From: Chrysemys picta bellii | Taxonomy: Eukaryota | DNA length: 64,000 nucleotides | Direction: 5' to 3' | NCBI RefSeq assembly: GCF_011386835.1 | Contig: NC_088797.1 | Span: 29,636,001-29,700,000, forward strand | Shown here: in pieces, positions 47,122 to 64,000 of the stretch | Layout of the letters: each line of letters opens with the position of its first letter | Position numbering within the stretch: position 1 is the first letter of the stretch | The notes under the pieces: model-generated | The model's input: the letters and a program-made list of their open reading frames with translations, nothing else | What the model was told of the DNA's origin: nothing | The model's database searches: none | Made by a program: the position numbers and the translations under genes

Positions 47122-47848
47122 TGTCACGGAGTCACCGGGGCGATGCTCTGGAACTACTCCGTATGAAGTCAGCCAGGACTCTGGGGGAGCCTCCTCTCTC
47201 TGAGCATATTGTCACCAGGGCAAGAAGCTTACACAGCTTCGACCTTCCTGGGTCTAACCTCGGAGCATTCAGCATCCCCTTCCACACCGTGTGCTTCCCG
47301 CAGCGAGTCCACCTGGACAGGATTCCTGGGGAAGCCAGAGGGCCCTGCACCCCAACTCCACAGTCAGATGTGACTCTCAGCCAGCCAGTAAAACAGAAGG
47401 TTTATTAGTCAACAGGAACACAGCGTGGGACAGAACTTGTTAGCACAGAAATCAGTGACTTTCAGCGAAGTCCATCTTGGGAGGAGGGGAGCCCAGAGCC
47501 AGGGCTCAGGTCCTCCCTCTGTGCCCTAAGCCAGCGGAGACTGACTCGCTTCCAGCTGCCTGGCCCCTGCCCTGCCCGTTGTTCCTCCTCTAGCCTTTGT
47601 CTCACTTCCTGGGCCAAGAGTCACCTGATCACATCCCCCTTCTGGTTCTCAAGTTACAAAGGGGCGGCCATAGCATCCGTGCAGACAGCTGGAGCAACTC
47701 CCACAAAAGTCACACACCCTTATTCCCGCAACCTAGACATTGGTGCCATATACAGGGAAACTGAAGCACACACAGCATTCATGCAAAACAGTAAGAGTCA
47801 CATAGGCTCACATACAACATAACAAGGGAAAATCCCCACTATGTCACA
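47122..47848 (-). mobile_element. Solo LTR (727 bp; Gypsy or ERV type)
   Basis: TGTCAC...GTCACA termini, perfect 5-bp TSD ATGCC (47117-47121, 47849-47853). An internal minus-strand AATAAA at ~47400 suggests minus orientation. Confidence 0.85.
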
Positions 47849-48599
47849 ATGCCTACAAAAAGCATGATGTTTAGGCTGTTGGTGTTGTGAACCCAGTGCC
47901 CAGCATGCAGACCAGGATTGTCTCATTGTTCCTGTCTGGCTGTATCCATCTGTCATTTCTTGATTTATAGATCGTGAGGTAGGTTTTGTGTTTGTACAGT
48001 ACCTTGCATAATGGGGCCCTGGTCCTGGGCATGCTAAGATAAAAGATTGCCTGTCAACAGCCTCTCTGAGGCTGAACTCCTAATAGAAGGGTGATTAAAA
48101 GACAGACCTGGAAAGCCCCCCAAAAGGGGATTAAAGAACCCTGGGGAAACTGAGGCAAGGCAAGCGGTGCCACCGTAAGTGCTACAGAGGCCGACGGTGC
48201 CACACCACCTTAGAGAGATAGGCTCTATTCCCAGCTTTGCTTTAAGTGCCCCTAGCTTCCTACCTGTACAATAGAAAGGATGCTAGTCACCTCCCCTAGC
48301 TAGAGGGCTGGGAAGCGGATGGAAATATTAGCAGCAAACAATGGACGAATCTTGAACTCCTGATCCCTGTCTCCCAGCCCCTGAGACGAGTCTCTGTGGC
48401 TCCAAGTCAGGTCGCTGTGGGCCCAGGCTGGCTAGCTGGCTGCGGTGTCGGGCTCAGGGGCTCCCCCTCTCCCGGGGTTGAGGTTTTAGAAGCAGGGGAG
48501 AGTGAGGAGCCGAACCTCGAGGACCCCTCGACACACGCTGCCGGGCCCTCGACTGGCCTCGTGGTGTCACATGACTTCCTCCCATGAGTCCAGCTAGCT

Positions 48600-48919
48600 G
48601 CCCAGATGCCTGGGTCAATCCCCCGCCGCCGCCATTTACGCCTCGGTCCCTAACACTAGCCCCGCCGGCTCCTCAGATTCCCTTTCCGAGCCAGGCGAGC
48701 GCCGTGAACAGCCCCGGACTGGGGCCTAGCCGAGACCGGAAGGGGTCACTCATACTCCCGGAAGTAATTCTGAACAGGGCCAGAGCCAAACACTACCGAA
48801 GCCGATGTTGAGTGGGCCGGAAGTAACTATGACAGACCGGAAGGGACCCTACGCGATCCCGGAAGTGTCCCGGCGCGGGGAACGGAAGAGAAGGCCGCGC
48901 TCCCCGGCGAGCATCCAAG

Positions 48920-48931
<12 letters not shown>
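48600..48931 (+). promoter_or_regulatory. KAT5 CpG-island promoter with an ETS/GABPA array and YY1 motifs
   Basis: CCGGAAG(T) at 48736, 48758, 48817, 48837 and 48859; YY1-type CAAGATGGCGG 48916-48926 overlapping the ATG; reverse-oriented CCGCCATTT ~48629-48637. Confidence 0.8.
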
Positions 48932-60997
<12,066 letters not shown>

Positions 60998-62782
60998 GAG
61001 GCAGGGCCTTATCTGCCACCCACTCCCCCATGGCCCTGGCATGGGGCCTCACAGACATCCAGCTAACATGCAGCTCCTGGGAGTTTATCCCAGGGCCGGG
61101 ACAGACTGGGCAACAGCATCTCCAAGGATGATCATGTGCTCTGCCACAGGGCTAGGCTGGGGCTGCATCGTTCTCCGGCCATGGCTCGAGCTCCATGGGA
61201 AGGGGCAGAGGCCCCCATGCTGCTCTCCTCGTCTCAGCGCCAGGGTGAGGGCCCCCTTTGTGTGTAGGACTTGCATCTTGCCAGGCCACCTTGTACAGTG
61301 TGGGCTGTGACCGAGGAGCCCAAAGGCTGAGAATAGGTGGCCCTGGGCCCACAGCAGCTGGCCAGCATTTGCATTTCTCTGTCACTCGATCTGAGTTTTT
61401 GATAAAGATCCTGGAACTAAAATGATTGATCCTGGACCTTTTTAATCAGCTAGAGAAGGATGAGGGGTGCTCAGGCGGCATTATCCTCCCCAGGGCTGTG
61501 CAATACCCTGAGCAGCATCAGGCCTCGACTCCCAGGGATTCTGGGGGGCAGCCACTTCTTCCACTAGTGAGCAGTGTCCCTGCCAACAGCAGCTGCTATG
61601 TGTCACCCCAGAGCCAGCTGCAGCACTCCCTGTGCAATGAACACACCCAAACCCTGGAAGGGTGCAGGCTGCCTGAAGCTGTGGCCAAACGCAAGTTTAG
61701 GACCTCAAAGCTGCTATGCTCCCCCTGCCCCCGTAGCACATTTCTCTCTCCCTGGGAGCAGCAGTTACAGCAGGATCTGGAACCAGATGTCCCTCAGTGC
61801 CCCGGGCGGCAGCACTGAGCAATGGACAGGTGATGGGCTGATTGCCATTGGGCCAAGACACTTAGGGCTGAGCACTAAACACTTCTCTGGCAGACTCATG
61901 GTGCTGATCCCTGTCCCACTACTTCGGCCAAGCCTCTGGGCCTGACTAGCCCTGCCCTCCACTCCCCTCCAGGTCTGGCCACAGGCCCACCTGCAAACAG
62001 CAGCTACGCAGCGGAGTTAGGCCCTGCTAACAGGGTGCTCCCCCCCATAAAGTAACAATACTGAATATTCCCTTGGCAAGAATGGTTCTGGGCAGGGACC
62101 CGCATCATGCCAAAGCGTGTGGCAACCTGGAGAGAGGGGAAGAGAGAAGAAGCTGCAAGCACAACCCTGCTGCCCTGTCCTGCCTCTAGGTGGTCAGTCC
62201 TGTCAGGGTCTCTTGAAGGTGCTAGCACTTTTCCCTGCCTTATTCAGAGGGGGAAATGGAGGCACAGCAGGGAGGAGGGGGAAAAGAACCCAGGAGCCCT
62301 GGCTCCTGCATTAGAGTCCTTCCTGGGTAGCATGAGACATCTAGGGAGAATCATGGCCAAGTAGTTTGAAGAGTGGTTGGGAGTCAGGACAGCTGGGTTC
62401 TATCCCACTCAGCTGCTGGGACTTAGGCCAGACTTCAACAAGCCTCAGTTTTGCCCTGTACCGGATGTTGAAGCTGCCTGTCCCAGGGACCTGAGGGATC
62501 AGTGTTTGCAGCATAAAGTCCATAGCACTCAGCCTTCCCATCCCCGATCTCCAGAGCAGAGGGCAGCCAGCCAGCCGTGGACCAGGGGAGATGCTGTCCC
62601 ACCTGTTTCCAGGTGCTGGCTCAGTGAACTCTGGAATCAGACCAAGCAGGCATCTCTGTGAGATCCGTGTATTCTCAGCATGGAGCTACCACGCAGGGTG
62701 GTGGGGCCAAAAAAAACCCCAGCGCAGACCCGAGAGGCAGCCAGTGGCTAGCAGTCCTGGGACCGCTGCCTCCACCATGGAC

Positions 62783-63923
62783 TCACTGTTCCTTCCTCGA
62801 CACTGGTGCATGGATCTGCAATGAGAGAGGTGACCTGTCAAAAGTCACCTGCACCCATAGGACTCCAGCCCTGAAGGGATAGCAATACAGGAACAGCTGC
62901 TGCGGTTAGGTGTAGCACAGTACTGCCTAGAGGCCCTGACAAAGTGGGGAGGTCTGCCATTGTACCAGCCACTACACTGCTCCCCCGCACTGAGACTGGG
63001 GCTCCTGTTGGGCCAAGCATTGCACAAACACCCCATGAGACTCATTGCTTTATGAAGCTCTGTCATAATCAACAGAGTGGAGGGGAAACTGAGGCACAGA
63101 TGGGGCCAAGGGCAGGCGTTCTGAGCCCCAGTCCTGCATGGCAATTACTTTGCCTTTTCCACTTTCCCCACAACGGGGTAGTGCCCGCCAGGCTGGGCAA
63201 AATGTTTTGGACAGCATTTTCCATTTGCCCACGAAAACACAGCCACCCCTTGCAGGCCAAGACAGCCTCAGCACTCTGCCAGGCCTGGAGGCATTCCCCC
63301 TATTCACAGCTGCTGAGGTACCGGGGATATATTATGGGGCAGGGGCATGGCTGGGTGTCCACGGAGGGTATATATTATGGGCTATAGTTATTTCATCCCA
63401 GAGTATTTGACTCACTCTGAGGGGACCAATCATTATGGCATTTACCAGGCCCCATCCACACAGCCAGCCCCCCTTCACTAACAGAGTGTGTAGGTGAATG
63501 CAGGGGGATTGTAGCATGTAATGATTGCCTCACCACTAGCAACTCAAGGGATACTGGGCGAACCACAGAACCAGCCTGATAATTGGATGGGGCAGGGCTG
63601 AGAACATAGCTGTTCATTGCTATAATGGACCAAACACAGAGCTAGTGTAAGAGTCTTTGTGGAATGGGGGGGATCTTGCCCCCCATCCCTTTGAAGTTGC
63701 TGTGGCAGCAAGACCAGGCCCTAACACACACCACCAGCCCCCCCCCCCCCCAACCGTTCTGGGGTAGGGGTAACGGAGAGGAGAGCAGCACACCAGTACT
63801 TACGGCCTCGGCGATCCCTGGCCAGCTCAGAGCCAGGAGCAGCCCATCATCCGCACTTGGAGCCCGCTCCAGGTTCCAAACTGTCAGCGTCCCAAAGGTT
63901 GATTTCAGCCGCACAGTCCGCTC
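62783..63923 (-). CDS. RNASEH2C: Ribonuclease H2 subunit C, last two coding exons; 5-prime part lies beyond the right edge
   Basis: Exon 63923-63804 (120 nt, ERTVRLKSTFGTLTVWNLERAPSADDGLLLALSWPGIAEA|gtaagt) and terminal exon 62815-62783 (IHAPVSRKEQ*). Aligns to recalled human [39 protein letters not shown]; tail-to-tail with KAT5 as in human. Confidence 0.9.
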
Positions 63924-64000
63924 CTGCAGCACGGGAGGCTGGGCGTCAGGGAGGGGGATAGGCAGTGGGACTGAGGGGGCTCCCAGCCAGCTCCAAGGCA

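Noticed and set aside
48410-48636. Minus-strand ATGGCGGCGGCG upstream of KAT5 as an unknown gene start
   Set aside because: The frame closes after 6 codons (GAT TGA). Better explained as a reverse YY1 motif in a CpG island; at most a divergent non-coding start.

Overview
GC-rich, repeat-dense vertebrate genomic DNA, almost certainly from a turtle (tortoise-type tRNA-derived Pol III SINE, PsCR1-like LINEs). The genes are orthologous to part of human 11q13.1. Six protein-coding genes were rebuilt exon by exon from splice sites and reading phase: SNX32 (-, exons 1-3, runs off the left edge), DRAP1 (-, 7 exons, 219 aa), C11orf68/Bles03 (+, 246 aa), RELA/p65 (-, 11 coding exons, 556 aa), KAT5/Tip60 (+, 14 exons, 523 aa) and RNASEH2C (-, last two exons). 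Gene identities rest on my recall of the human proteins and exon sizes, not on a database search. Introns and intergenic DNA contain RTE, CR1 and Penelope-like retroelements, hAT and Harbinger MITEs, a solo LTR, SINEs and minisatellites. Best leads: a RELA intron-5 minisatellite that looks amplified from the exon-5/donor junction with the donor lost in the copies; two minimal hammerhead-ribozyme motifs in Penelope pLTRs lying antisense in DRAP1; a perfect 87-bp inverted repeat in the Penelope copy; a U12 intron in DRAP1; a GC-AG intron and an in-frame retainable intron 1 in KAT5; and kappaB-like sites in RELA introns and in the solo LTR between RELA and KAT5. I found no unambiguous new gene system. 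Most long ORFs in the track are repeat artefacts.
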